A DNA stretch of 29,288 nt from Nitrosopumilaceae archaeon (GTDB taxonomy: Archaea > Thermoproteota > Nitrososphaeria > Nitrososphaerales > Nitrosopumilaceae). The DNA lies in contig DAINYW010000020.1 in assembly GCA_036749235.1 (NCBI GenBank), positions 1 to 29,288 of the forward strand, read 5' to 3'. The notes under the pieces are model-generated. The model was not told where the DNA came from and searched no databases. It worked only from the letters and a program-made list of their open reading frames with translations. Shown here in pieces: positions 8,778 through 16,385 of this stretch. A program made the translations under genes and the position numbers. Each line of letters begins with the position of its first letter. Position 1 is the stretch's first letter.

Positions 8778-9620
8778 TTACACTCTCCTTTCGATCTCTG
8801 GCGAAATATGCCTGCGGTACATCTGGTCTATAAATTGAGCAGCAGTAATAATTTGTGGTTTTGTATATTTTAAACAAAATTCCTTGAACATGATACCATC
8901 CTTTGGGATACAATGTTGATTTATACCATCTCTTGCCTCAAGAATCTGGACATTCCATTTTGTATTAATAGCATTACGCAATTCATTAAAATCCAAGCCT
9001 GCTTTATCACATACAATCTTGAGTTCTTCGGCAAATGCAATCTGTATGTATCTATACGCACTTTCTGTTACTTTGCACAATTCAGCAATTTGTGAAGAAC
9101 TTACTGTATGAAGCGGAATCCGTAAAATTTCTTCATAAAAATATTTTCCAAGATTGATGCAACAAATCTTACATCCACCGATCACTCGCAATTGATTTAC
9201 ACCATGAATATCTTTTTCCTTATTGTAATAACGATGAGGCACATGCACAACATGAACCCTATGATGTAATATCTCTGTGATCATTTCTGTTGTTCCTGTG
9301 GGTATGGTTGAATCCACACCAACTAATGCACCAATTTTCGCTTCATGCTTTAACTTATCGATGACTTGGTTTAATGCATTAAGCGATGGAATAGATTGGT
9401 CTCTGGGATTATGGGTTGATACACATATGACATAATAATCATAGTCAGAAAAATTATCGGCGATATTTTTTATCACTTTATCATTAAAAGCTTTTGTCGT
9501 TGCAATGGCATTGATATCATATCCATCAACATCTAGTCCGAATTCTGTCATGTACCTTGCGTTATTGTACCCTATCTCACCAAGGCCAATAACCAGAATC
9601 TTATTTTTGCTTTGACTCAT
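8778..9620 (-). CDS. Nucleotide-sugar (UDP-glucose/GDP-mannose family) dehydrogenase, short form lacking the C-terminal UDP-binding domain
   Basis: Has the Rossmann motif ILVIGLGEIGYNN, STIPTGTT, a central helical domain and the catalytic Cys context NQHCIPKDG. The ORF stops 33 aa after that. I placed the start at ATG 9620 (MSQSKNKILVIG); the track ORF extends to 9677. Confidence 0.7.
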   Translation of the reverse strand: MSQSKNKILVIGLGEIGYNNARYMTEFGLDVDGYDINAIATTKAFNDKVIKNIADNFSDYDYYVICVSTHNPRDQSIPSLNALNQVIDKLKHEAKIGALVGVDSTIPTGTTEMITEILHHRVHVVHVPHRYYNKEKDIHGVNQLRVIGGCKICCINLGKYFYEEILRIPLHTVSSSQIAELCKVTESAYRYIQIAFAEELKIVCDKAGLDFNELRNAINTKWNVQILEARDGINQHCIPKDGIMFKEFCLKYTKPQIITAAQFIDQMYRRHISPEIERRV

Positions 9621-9856
9621 TCTCTGATTCCTCAAACCCTTCAAGGGAGCGGAATAGATGAAACTCTTCATATCCATTTATATGATCATACTCTACATTC
9701 CACACTGTTCCATACACCCTTGAGTTATTTTAATAACGATCTTCATAAGCTTATAGGTAATTTTAATAAAATAACGTTTGTAATCCTAACAAATGTCTTA
9801 CATGGGGTACAAGGGAAAAGGGCTCGACCGACTCGGAATACCATTAGTCGAAATAA

Positions 9857-10354
9857 TTACAGAATCTTGGAGAGCCGCTGTTTTGCATCAATCTTTAGTA
9901 GCACCTTTTTTGTTCCCTCTGGAACAAGGTCCCACCAATCTTTCTCTGAAACAATCATTTCACGAATGTTGGTTCCTGAGATCTTATCTCGTTGCAACAG
10001 AGGAACTTCTATTACATTGATTCCTCTTTTTTTGAATAGAATCATGGTAAAATCATCATTTGAGAATACGACATCATATTTTGGTACGATAGAATCTATA
10101 TGGTGCGTCCATTTGTTGTGACCATTTATGTCTGGTATGTAGAATATCTGAACCTTTTTTAGTTTATCAGAATCAATCGAGGAAAGAATCATTTCCTTTC
10201 TTTCATCTGCGGTGAAAGGGTTTCTCTTCTCATGGCTTTTGTTAGAGCTACCTATCGCTATCCAGAGATTTTCGACCTTTAGTAGGCAGAAATTGACAGC
10301 TGCTAAATGTCCTTTATGAAACGGTTGAAACCTGCCAATTAGAAGACCATTCAC
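9857..10354 (-). CDS. nadM: Nicotinamide-nucleotide adenylyltransferase (archaeal NMNAT)
   Basis: Contains GLLIGRFQPFHKGHL (the HxGH nucleotidyltransferase motif) and ISGTNIREMI (the ISGT/SxxR motif). A GTG at 10354 gives a typical 165-aa protein. The track's extension to 10573 overlaps rtcA on the opposite strand. Confidence 0.85.
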   Translation of the reverse strand: MNGLLIGRFQPFHKGHLAAVNFCLLKVENLWIAIGSSNKSHEKRNPFTADERKEMILSSIDSDKLKKVQIFYIPDINGHNKWTHHIDSIVPKYDVVFSNDDFTMILFKKRGINVIEVPLLQRDKISGTNIREMIVSEKDWWDLVPEGTKKVLLKIDAKQRLSKIL

Positions 10355-10423
10355 TCCCCAGACTTCGCTGCACTTCTTTAAAAAACCATCATTAATTAAA
10401 TTCCAGAAATAAACAAACTCGAC

Positions 10424-11446
10424 GTGGAACCAATAAAAATAGACGGCGCTTTTGGAGAAGGAGGAGGACAAATCATCCGAAGTGCTGTTACACTCTCTGC
10501 CGTTACCGGAAAGCCTGTTGAAATAGAAAACATTCGCAAAAATAGAAAGATCCCAGGATTGAGACCTCAGCATATGCTTGGCATAAAAATTCTGTCAAAG
10601 CTCTGTCAAGCCAAAGTAGAAGGACTTCATGTAAACTCGACCTCTCTTAGATTCTTTCCGTCTGAGGGTATCAATATGGAGCTAAGCGAAGACGTTGGCA
10701 CAGCAGGTAGTATTCCATTAATCTTGCAAGTATTGATTCCTTCGGTCTCGCTGATGAAAACAAGTTTGAAATTATTGATTACTGGGGGGACAGATGTTCC
10801 GTGGAGTCCTACGTCTGATTACACAAAATTTGTTCTAGGTGAAGCATTTTCTAGGATTGGAATAAATTTTCGAACTGAAATTAAAAAACGCGGATATTAT
10901 CCAAAAGGTGGTGGCTGTGTAGAGACCTACATAACACCATGCAAAAAGCTAAATCCCATCTCACTCCTTGAACGGGAAACCAAATCCACAAGACTTTTCT
11001 GTTCTTATTCAAAGATACCAAGGGAAATAGTAGAAAACGAAGTAAACAATGCAAAGGCAATTCTTGAACAAGGTGGATTTTCGTGTCAGTACTCGGTACA
11101 GGAAGAAAGTGCGCTTGACAAAGGATTTTCCTTGCTAGTATTTTCACATGATACAAGTTCCGTTACGGGCTCAGACATAATCTACCAAGGAAAGATGACA
11201 GGAATTGGCGAATTTGTTGCAAAAAAATTCATCCAGTCAGATATAGGAATAGACATCTATCTTTCAGATATGCTAGTGGTCCCACTTTCAATCATTAATG
11301 AAACGTCAGTATATAGAATAAAACAGATTACAAAGCATCTGGAAACTAACCTCTTTGTTGCCTCAAAGATAACAAATTGCAAGTATGGTATAGGTAAGCT
11401 TGATGATGGCTTTGAGGTAAGAATAGTCGGTGCATCAGACTCCTGA
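10424..11446 (+). CDS. rtcA: RNA 3'-terminal phosphate cyclase
   Basis: 340 aa. The N-terminus IDGAFGEGGGQIIRSAVTLSAVTGKPVEIENIRKNRKIPGLRPQH is the RtcA signature. Confidence 0.9.
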   Translation: MEPIKIDGAFGEGGGQIIRSAVTLSAVTGKPVEIENIRKNRKIPGLRPQHMLGIKILSKLCQAKVEGLHVNSTSLRFFPSEGINMELSEDVGTAGSIPLILQVLIPSVSLMKTSLKLLITGGTDVPWSPTSDYTKFVLGEAFSRIGINFRTEIKKRGYYPKGGGCVETYITPCKKLNPISLLERETKSTRLFCSYSKIPREIVENEVNNAKAILEQGGFSCQYSVQEESALDKGFSLLVFSHDTSSVTGSDIIYQGKMTGIGEFVAKKFIQSDIGIDIYLSDMLVVPLSIINETSVYRIKQITKHLETNLFVASKITNCKYGIGKLDDGFEVRIVGASDS

Positions 11447-11929
11447 GTGAAGTAACGCAGCCATAAGAAGTATAGCTACTGAAACCATGACAGTAATCCT
11501 CCCTAATGTGATTATTTTTGAGCGGAGTTTTTGTAAAAGTTCTGGTGAGAGTTCTTTTGATTCTATCCTTTTTTCTGTATCATATCTAATCAGCCTTACA
11601 TGTACCACAAAAGTAATGATCAAGACGATTACAAGTATTATCTTTGTTAAGAGAACCAACCCATAATTAGTTGATAGTAGTAATGATGGTTTTGCAATCA
11701 GGTTAGTAGAGTTGTAGATTCCACTTGCGATAAGTATTATCAGCGATGGAAGAGCAATTCTGTTAAATTTCCTTCCGACACGAATCATTATAGAAAGTCT
11801 TCCCTCAGCGGAATCTGAAATTGTCTTGAGAAGTGGAGCAAGAACTATGCCGATAAATATTGAACCCCCAACCCAGATGGAAGCTGCGACAAGATGAGCC
11901 CACATGATAAGTGCATCAAAAATTGACAT
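11435..11929 (-). CDS. CopD-domain-like integral membrane protein
   Basis: 164 aa with about four transmembrane helices. The N-terminus WAHLVAASIWVGGSIF resembles the CopD-family first helix. Confidence 0.55.
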   Translation of the reverse strand: MSIFDALIMWAHLVAASIWVGGSIFIGIVLAPLLKTISDSAEGRLSIMIRVGRKFNRIALPSLIILIASGIYNSTNLIAKPSLLLSTNYGLVLLTKIILVIVLIITFVVHVRLIRYDTEKRIESKELSPELLQKLRSKIITLGRITVMVSVAILLMAALLHSGV

Positions 11930-12028
11930 GCATTTATACCAAAGTCAACAAATAATATCTATTCTGATCTGAAAACTGAGGTTACTGTTGACATAGAAGA
12001 TAAAAAATTAGTTTAAGCGTATTTCAGC

Positions 12029-12211
12029 TTAAAATCTTCGTTCGCCACGATGTTTTGGTAAACATTCACGACAATATACTGGTCTTCCTTCTTTTGGTTG
12101 GAAAGGTACCTGTGTTTCTTTCTTGCAATCTGCACATGTTGCAGGATACATTTGTCTGTCTGATGACATACTTTTTGGCAATTCTCGCCTCATAATAACT
12201 ATATCGTACAC
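12029..12211 (-). CDS. Small zinc-ribbon protein with CxxC-x17-CxxC domain
   Basis: Contains CADCKKETQVPFQPKEGRPVYCRECLPK, two CxxC pairs spaced by 17 residues with the conserved VPF.P..GRPVYC core. The start is uncertain; internal Met codons are available. Confidence 0.7.
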   Translation of the reverse strand: MYDIVIMRRELPKSMSSDRQMYPATCADCKKETQVPFQPKEGRPVYCRECLPKHRGERRF

Positions 12212-12296
12212 AAACGGATACCTGCTGTATCACAAAACTTGAGCAGATCATATCTGAGAAGGTTTTTTAGTTCAGTAAAACCCGTAGCTCCTAGAT

Positions 12297-12794
12297 TTGG
12301 TGAGCACGGGAAAGCTCGTTATTATAGGATGTTTTGCAGGTCTTGGTGCGATGATGATCTTTTTCATCCTCTACGCAAATTCCTTTCAGGTTGATCTTAA
12401 CAAAGTAACGATTCAGATTGAGAATATCAAAGTTCTCGATCAGAATAATCTCGACAAACGTGCACGTCTGGATGTAAGATTCACAATTCAAAACCCTACA
12501 TCCCTTGTATTAACGATCTCAAACATTAATTATGAGTTATATGCAAATGGAAAAGACCTTGGAGAGGGTCATTTTACAACAGAAGACATCCCAGAGGCTG
12601 GCAGACCACCTCTCTTTGCCAATAACAATTTAACTTTACCTAACACGTTTGAACTTGTAAATACCGATAAGGTTTCAAATGAATATTCAGCCATAACAAG
12701 TTATCAGCCAGTAAAATATGAAGCAAAAGGACAAATTACAATAGAATCATTTTTGACTGCAGTTACCAAGGACTTTGATCTAATGTTTGGTTAG
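12297..12794 (+). CDS. Membrane-anchored LEA_2 / NDR1-HIN1-like (WHy-type) protein
   Basis: 165 aa with an N-terminal transmembrane helix. This is followed by FTIQNPTSLVLTISNINYELYANGKDLGEG, which matches the LEA_2 NPN...l.y.l..ng..lg.g pattern. Paralogous to 18129..18599. Confidence 0.65.
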   Translation: MVSTGKLVIIGCFAGLGAMMIFFILYANSFQVDLNKVTIQIENIKVLDQNNLDKRARLDVRFTIQNPTSLVLTISNINYELYANGKDLGEGHFTTEDIPEAGRPPLFANNNLTLPNTFELVNTDKVSNEYSAITSYQPVKYEAKGQITIESFLTAVTKDFDLMFG

Positions 12795-13189
12795 CCAAGA
12801 CCCCAGCTAGTTTTGGTCTTTGGCGTAATTTTTACAAAGGGCGCTTCTCCTTCTTTCCATGGGGTTTCTCTTACCCAAGCAAATTTCTTGTAGAAAATGT
12901 CGTATAGGCGTTTGAACTCTGGACCTTTTTCGACAAAGCTAGTCGAACCTTGTGCTATCACGGCTTTGTGCTTTACTGGGGAATAAATGTCAACTGAGAT
13001 TGCGATCTTGTTGTTCTTTTTGAGATTCATGTACTTTTTCGTATCATAATCAGTTGCAAAGTAAAAGTATCCTTTTTCAAAGTGATGCGTCACAGGAGCT
13101 ATATGCGGCACATTCTTGGCGCATGTTGCAACTCTGCATCCTTCATTTGCTTGAAGAAATTCAACTTCTCTTATCGTAAATTTTATCAT
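12791..13189 (-). CDS. Pyridoxamine 5'-phosphate oxidase (PPOX) family flavin/deazaflavin-binding protein
   Basis: 132 aa with split-barrel family features (CRVATCAKNVPHIAPVTHHF, NLKKNNKIAISVD). Its stop codon overlaps the convergent LEA_2 gene's stop (ttag). Confidence 0.7.
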   Translation of the reverse strand: MIKFTIREVEFLQANEGCRVATCAKNVPHIAPVTHHFEKGYFYFATDYDTKKYMNLKKNNKIAISVDIYSPVKHKAVIAQGSTSFVEKGPEFKRLYDIFYKKFAWVRETPWKEGEAPFVKITPKTKTSWGLG

Positions 13190-13223
13190 GATTTGTTATC
13201 GTCTGTATTAAATAAAAAGAAAT

Positions 13224-13297
13224 GGGCCGAGAGAGATTTGAACTCTCGACCACCGCCGTGTCAGGGCGGTATCCTAACCAACTAGACGATCGGCCCG
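13224..13297 (-). tRNA. tRNA-Val (anticodon GAC)
   Basis: 74-nt cloverleaf read by hand. Acceptor gggccga/tcggccc, anticodon stem ccgcc/ggcgg with loop ctGACac, T arm gagag-ttcaaat-ctctc, discriminator A. No CCA is encoded. Confidence 0.9.
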
Positions 13298-13376
13298 ATA
13301 GAATACGACCTTGTTGTAGACGTTATTAACGTTTAAGAAAACAAGAATAATATGCAATGCATTAAATGACTATCGT

Positions 13377-14087
13377 ATGATTAGTGATTTTTCGTCGGAG
13401 GAAAAGAATGGCTTTTACAAAGCAGTCTTTTCAAGGCGAGATGTCAGGTCTCATTTTATTTCTAAACCAATAGATGAAATGGTCTTATCAAAAATACTTA
13501 ATGCGGCACACCATGCGCCCTCTGTCGGTTTTTCACAGCCTTGGAACTTTATTCTTATTAAAAACGTAGAGACAAGAACAAGAGTAAAGGCTTCATTTGA
13601 AAAAGAAAGAATTCACTCTTCCACTCTAGTTGATGATCCCAAGAGATCAAAATATCTTTCCCTAAGATTAGAGGGAATCCAAGATTCTGCAGTAAACATC
13701 TGTATAACATATGATCCGTCAAAGTTTGGACCATTTGTCATTGGAAGAACAAGTATACCGGAGACTGGGATCTACAGTGTTTGCTGCGCTATACAGAATC
13801 TTTGGCTTGCTGCAAGGGCAGAAGGTATTGGAGTGGGTTGGGTAAGCATCCTGTCAAACGATGATCTCAAAAGAATTCTAGATATTCCTGAACATGTTGT
13901 CCCTGTTGCATATTTGTGTCTTGGGCACGTATCAAAGTTTGCAGAAAAACCTGATCTTGAAAGTGCAGGATGGTTGCCTCGACTTGGTCTTAAGGACGTA
14001 GTTTTCTACGAAAAGTGGAATAATGCTAACGATCCTAGTTGGAAGCAAATTCGTGAAATGATAATTTCGAATCTTGATTACGCTTAA
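13377..14087 (+). CDS. bluB: 5,6-dimethylbenzimidazole synthase
   Basis: 236 aa, collinear with BluB: RRDVRSHF, AAHHAPSVGFSQPWNF, KYLSLRLEGI, CAIQNLWLAARAEGIGVGWVSI. Confidence 0.9.
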   Translation: MISDFSSEEKNGFYKAVFSRRDVRSHFISKPIDEMVLSKILNAAHHAPSVGFSQPWNFILIKNVETRTRVKASFEKERIHSSTLVDDPKRSKYLSLRLEGIQDSAVNICITYDPSKFGPFVIGRTSIPETGIYSVCCAIQNLWLAARAEGIGVGWVSILSNDDLKRILDIPEHVVPVAYLCLGHVSKFAEKPDLESAGWLPRLGLKDVVFYEKWNNANDPSWKQIREMIISNLDYA

Positions 14088-14112
14088 ATGCTTACCAAGT
14101 CTGATTTTTTCT

Positions 14113-14205
14113 GGGCTCGTGGCGCAGAGTCAAAACGACGCGAAACATGGATAGCGCGGTAGCCTCCTAAGTTACAGGTCGAGGGATCGAAGCCCTCCGA
14201 GCCCG
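14113..14205 (+). tRNA. tRNA-Arg (anticodon CCT) with a ~20-nt intron in the D-loop
   Basis: Acceptor gggctcg/cgagccc, D stem gcgc/gcgc, anticodon stem gtagc/gttac with loop ctCCTaa, T stem gaggg/ccctc. The gene is 93 nt and a 73-nt mature form needs 20 nt removed from the D-loop. The T-loop atcgaag is atypical. Confidence 0.75.
14128..14147 (+). other. Putative non-canonical tRNA intron (D-loop, about position 15/16)
   Basis: The segment agtcaaaacgacgcgaaaca interrupts an otherwise standard D-loop (AG...TGGATA). Boundaries are ambiguous by 1-2 nt. I could not confirm a bulge-helix-bulge fold by eye. Confidence 0.55.
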
Positions 14206-14223
14206 TTCTCTTTTAGATTAACT

Positions 14224-14640
14224 TTAGGTTTGAGTTATTCCAGTTGATGGGTTTTTTATAACAGCTTTGAAGATTTCTACTGTATAATCGCCTTGGAAGA
14301 TATTGATTACTTTGTCACCATCAACGTTTCTTACTCTAAAGTAGTGCTCATAGGAGCCATCATTTTTCACGGCAGTTTGTGCAAAATACACTGGTTTTCC
14401 ATCTTTGTAGATCTGAATTACTACAGGATAGCCTGGTGCGGCATTTTGTACTGTCCCCCAAACACAAGCAAATGGAAGTTTGTTATCTGCAGCAATATGC
14501 ATGTAAACGATGTTCTTCTCTAAAACAACATTTTCCTCAGGCACTAAATTTTGATCTTGTGCTCCTTCTGATGCGGGCAAGGTAAGACTTGGAAGTATAA
14601 GCATGAATAATGCAAACGTTGTACCCGCTAGATACTTCAC
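14224..14640 (-). CDS. Secreted hypothetical protein (signal peptide plus beta-rich domain)
   Basis: 138 aa with a hydrophobic N-terminus AGTTFALFMLILPSLTLPASEG. GTG start. No family recognised. Confidence 0.6.
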   Translation of the reverse strand: MKYLAGTTFALFMLILPSLTLPASEGAQDQNLVPEENVVLEKNIVYMHIAADNKLPFACVWGTVQNAAPGYPVVIQIYKDGKPVYFAQTAVKNDGSYEHYFRVRNVDGDKVINIFQGDYTVEIFKAVIKNPSTGITQT

Positions 14641-14658
14641 GCCAGTAATTTTACATCG

Positions 14659-14670
14659 TTAAATATTAAG
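14659..14670. promoter_or_regulatory. TATA-like element (ttaaatattaag), orientation ambiguous
   Basis: Lies 19-30 nt upstream of the GTG start at 14640 (minus) and 26-37 nt upstream of TTG 14696 (plus). It could serve either or both. Confidence 0.35.
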
Positions 14671-14695
14671 ATGACGTATAAGTAATTCAGGTCAA

Positions 14696-14815
14696 TTGAT
14701 TCTAGATGAAGAGCTAAACGATGGATGTAAATGTGATTGCCATTATGGTGGAGCAATTAGCTGTCCTGCATGTAAGCAAAACCACGGTAAGCACAGCTGC
14801 CCACACTGCAAGTAG
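14696..14815 (+). CDS. Possible 39-aa Cys/His-rich mini-protein (CxCxCH-x6-CxxC-x8-CxxC)
   Basis: My own translation: (M)ILDEELNDGCKCDCHYGGAISCPACKQNHGKHSCPHCK, then a stop. It is absent from the track because it is under 60 aa. TTG is the only available start. Seven Cys and four His in 39 residues. Confidence 0.35.
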   Translation: MILDEELNDGCKCDCHYGGAISCPACKQNHGKHSCPHCK

Positions 14816-15037
14816 CTATTTCTTTTTATTTTTGGAGCTTTGCTTTGCAGCTAATGCCTTTAGATTAGCCAGTTCAGTCTTTAGTCTTTCTATCTCAACG
14901 AGTGTCTGAAGGCTTGCAATCTCAGTCTTTAGGTTTTCAATTTCTGTATCTTTGTTTTTGAGTGAGCTTATCAAGTCGTCTAGTTCGGCATTAAGCTGAG
15001 CCTTTGCTTGTTTAATTTCACTTGAACTTATTTGCAA
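14816..15037 (-). CDS. Small coiled-coil protein
   Basis: 73 aa of heptad-like E/K/L-rich sequence (LKNKDTEIENLKTEIASLQTLVEIERLKTELANLKAL) with a basic tail. Uses a TTG start. Confidence 0.5.
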   Translation of the reverse strand: MQISSSEIKQAKAQLNAELDDLISSLKNKDTEIENLKTEIASLQTLVEIERLKTELANLKALAAKQSSKNKKK

Positions 15038-15066
15038 GGTGTGCTGTTGATGACCGACATTACTCG

Positions 15067-15279
15067 CTAGCTTTTTTTTTCTTCGTGCCCGTAGCCGTGG
15101 CCTTCAGCCCTATGCATATAGTCAGCACTCTTTTGAGCCAACCAGCATATTGCAACTAGAAACCATGCAGCCGATATGAAGACCATCATGGTAAAATGCA
15201 GTGCGTCAGGAAGTACAAAGTACAAACCACTCAAAGCTGAAGCGAGACAAGCCACTACGATCGTAGGTGTATGTCCCAT
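15067..15279 (-). CDS. Small two-pass membrane protein with His-rich C-terminal tail
   Basis: 70 aa with two hydrophobic helices, followed by HRAEGHGYGHEEKKS. Confidence 0.55.
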   Translation of the reverse strand: MGHTPTIVVACLASALSGLYFVLPDALHFTMMVFISAAWFLVAICWLAQKSADYMHRAEGHGYGHEEKKS

Positions 15280-15364
15280 AAAACTACCTCAAAAGTAGTA
15301 GAATATAACAGTAATGGAAATTATCAAATCAAGAAATTGACTTTATAAAAATAAATGGATTTTG

Positions 15365-15607
15365 CTAGTCGCTGCTTTCGGCAGTCTTCCTTAGAGTACC
15401 CTCTAATTCTGGAACTTCAGACTGCAAAATCTTAATCTTTTGTAGAAGCTCATTTCGAAGATCCCTTGCTACTCTTCTTACTGTTGGTCTCGGAACACCA
15501 AGTTCTTCTACAACTTTAGTGTAGATATCTTGTTTATCCGTAATACCTTTGTCGAGCAAGTCGTTGATAGCGTGTTTGATATTGGTGCTTTGAGTAGTAC
15601 GATTCAC
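15365..15607 (-). CDS. Small helix-turn-helix DNA-binding protein
   Basis: 80 aa. VEELGVPRPTVRRVARDLRNE resembles a Hin/resolvase-type HTH. Uses a GTG start. Confidence 0.55.
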   Translation of the reverse strand: MNRTTQSTNIKHAINDLLDKGITDKQDIYTKVVEELGVPRPTVRRVARDLRNELLQKIKILQSEVPELEGTLRKTAESSD

Positions 15608-15896
15608 GTTTTTTATTTTTCAGATCTTCTATATAAGACTGTTACTATATTTTTGATACTAATGCTATATCTGTGAAAATGCCAGTTTTTTGTTTTTACC
15701 ACATGTTGAAATCTTATGTTTGTATCATAATTTGTGAACTTTTCTAGAATTTTTATCAAGCGAATATGGATGATCTAAAATGTTTTTATTTAACTAATCT
15801 CTTTGAATGCTACAGAATTAGTATCTTCGTCTAACCTACTGAAAAAGTAGAAGATTGCAGAAAGATTCTTATGATAAATATAGTAGTTGACAAAAG

Positions 15897-16376
15897 GTGT
15901 CAAAGGCAGCCATTGAAACAAATTTTGGTAACATAATCCTAGAGTTAATGCCTGAGACTGCACCTGAGACAGTACGAAATTTTGTTAAACTTGCAAAGAG
16001 CAGTTTCTATGATGGCGTACTTTTTCACCGAGTAATTCCTGGTTTTATGATTCAGGGTGGTGACCCCAATACGAAGAAGCCCGACAAGAGCAAATGGGGT
16101 ACTGGGGGACCTGGGCATAACATAAAGGCTGAATTTAGTTCAAGGTCTCATTTGAGAGGAATTGTCTCAATGGCAAGGGCAACGGACCCCAATAGCGCGG
16201 GCTCTCAGTTCTTTATTGTAACAACCGATAGCACGTTCCTTGACAGGCAGTACACTGTCTTTGGACGGGTCCTAGAGGGAATGACTGTAGCTGACAAGAT
16301 CGTAAATCTACCAAGAGACAAAAATGACTGTCCTCTCCAAGAAGCAAAGATTCTTCGCGTGAGTATATCGGAATAA
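15897..16376 (+). CDS. Cyclophilin-type peptidyl-prolyl cis-trans isomerase
   Basis: 159 aa with FHRVIPGFMIQGGDP and SQFFIV, the cyclophilin signatures. Confidence 0.9.
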   Translation: MSKAAIETNFGNIILELMPETAPETVRNFVKLAKSSFYDGVLFHRVIPGFMIQGGDPNTKKPDKSKWGTGGPGHNIKAEFSSRSHLRGIVSMARATDPNSAGSQFFIVTTDSTFLDRQYTVFGRVLEGMTVADKIVNLPRDKNDCPLQEAKILRVSISE

Positions 16377-16385
16377 GGAACCAAA

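Noticed and set aside
9800-9856. Locally GC-rich patch containing gggctcg (identical to the tRNA-Arg acceptor 5' strand) and a tcgac...gtcga hairpin; considered as a tRNA fragment, att site or small RNA
   Set aside because: Only a 7-mer matches the tRNA and no cloverleaf can be drawn. Its position just after the nadM stop, followed by a short T-run, fits a terminator-like hairpin at best. That is too weak to annotate.
10355-10573. 73-codon N-terminal extension of the NMNAT ORF
   Set aside because: The extension has no family similarity and overlaps the rtcA 5' end on the opposite strand. A GTG at 10354 gives the canonical N-terminus and protein length.
13321-13334. acgttattaacgtt symmetric element upstream of bluB, considered as a cobalamin-responsive element
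   Set aside because: It is far too short for a riboswitch, no conserved B12-box was seen, and riboswitches of this class are not established in archaea.
15608-15896. 289-bp AT-rich intergenic region, scanned for C/D-box sRNA motifs and small ORFs
   Set aside because: There is no RUGAUGA/CUGA box pair in proper spacing, and only 22-codon ORFs with no features. It is most simply a divergent promoter region for the HTH gene and the cyclophilin gene.
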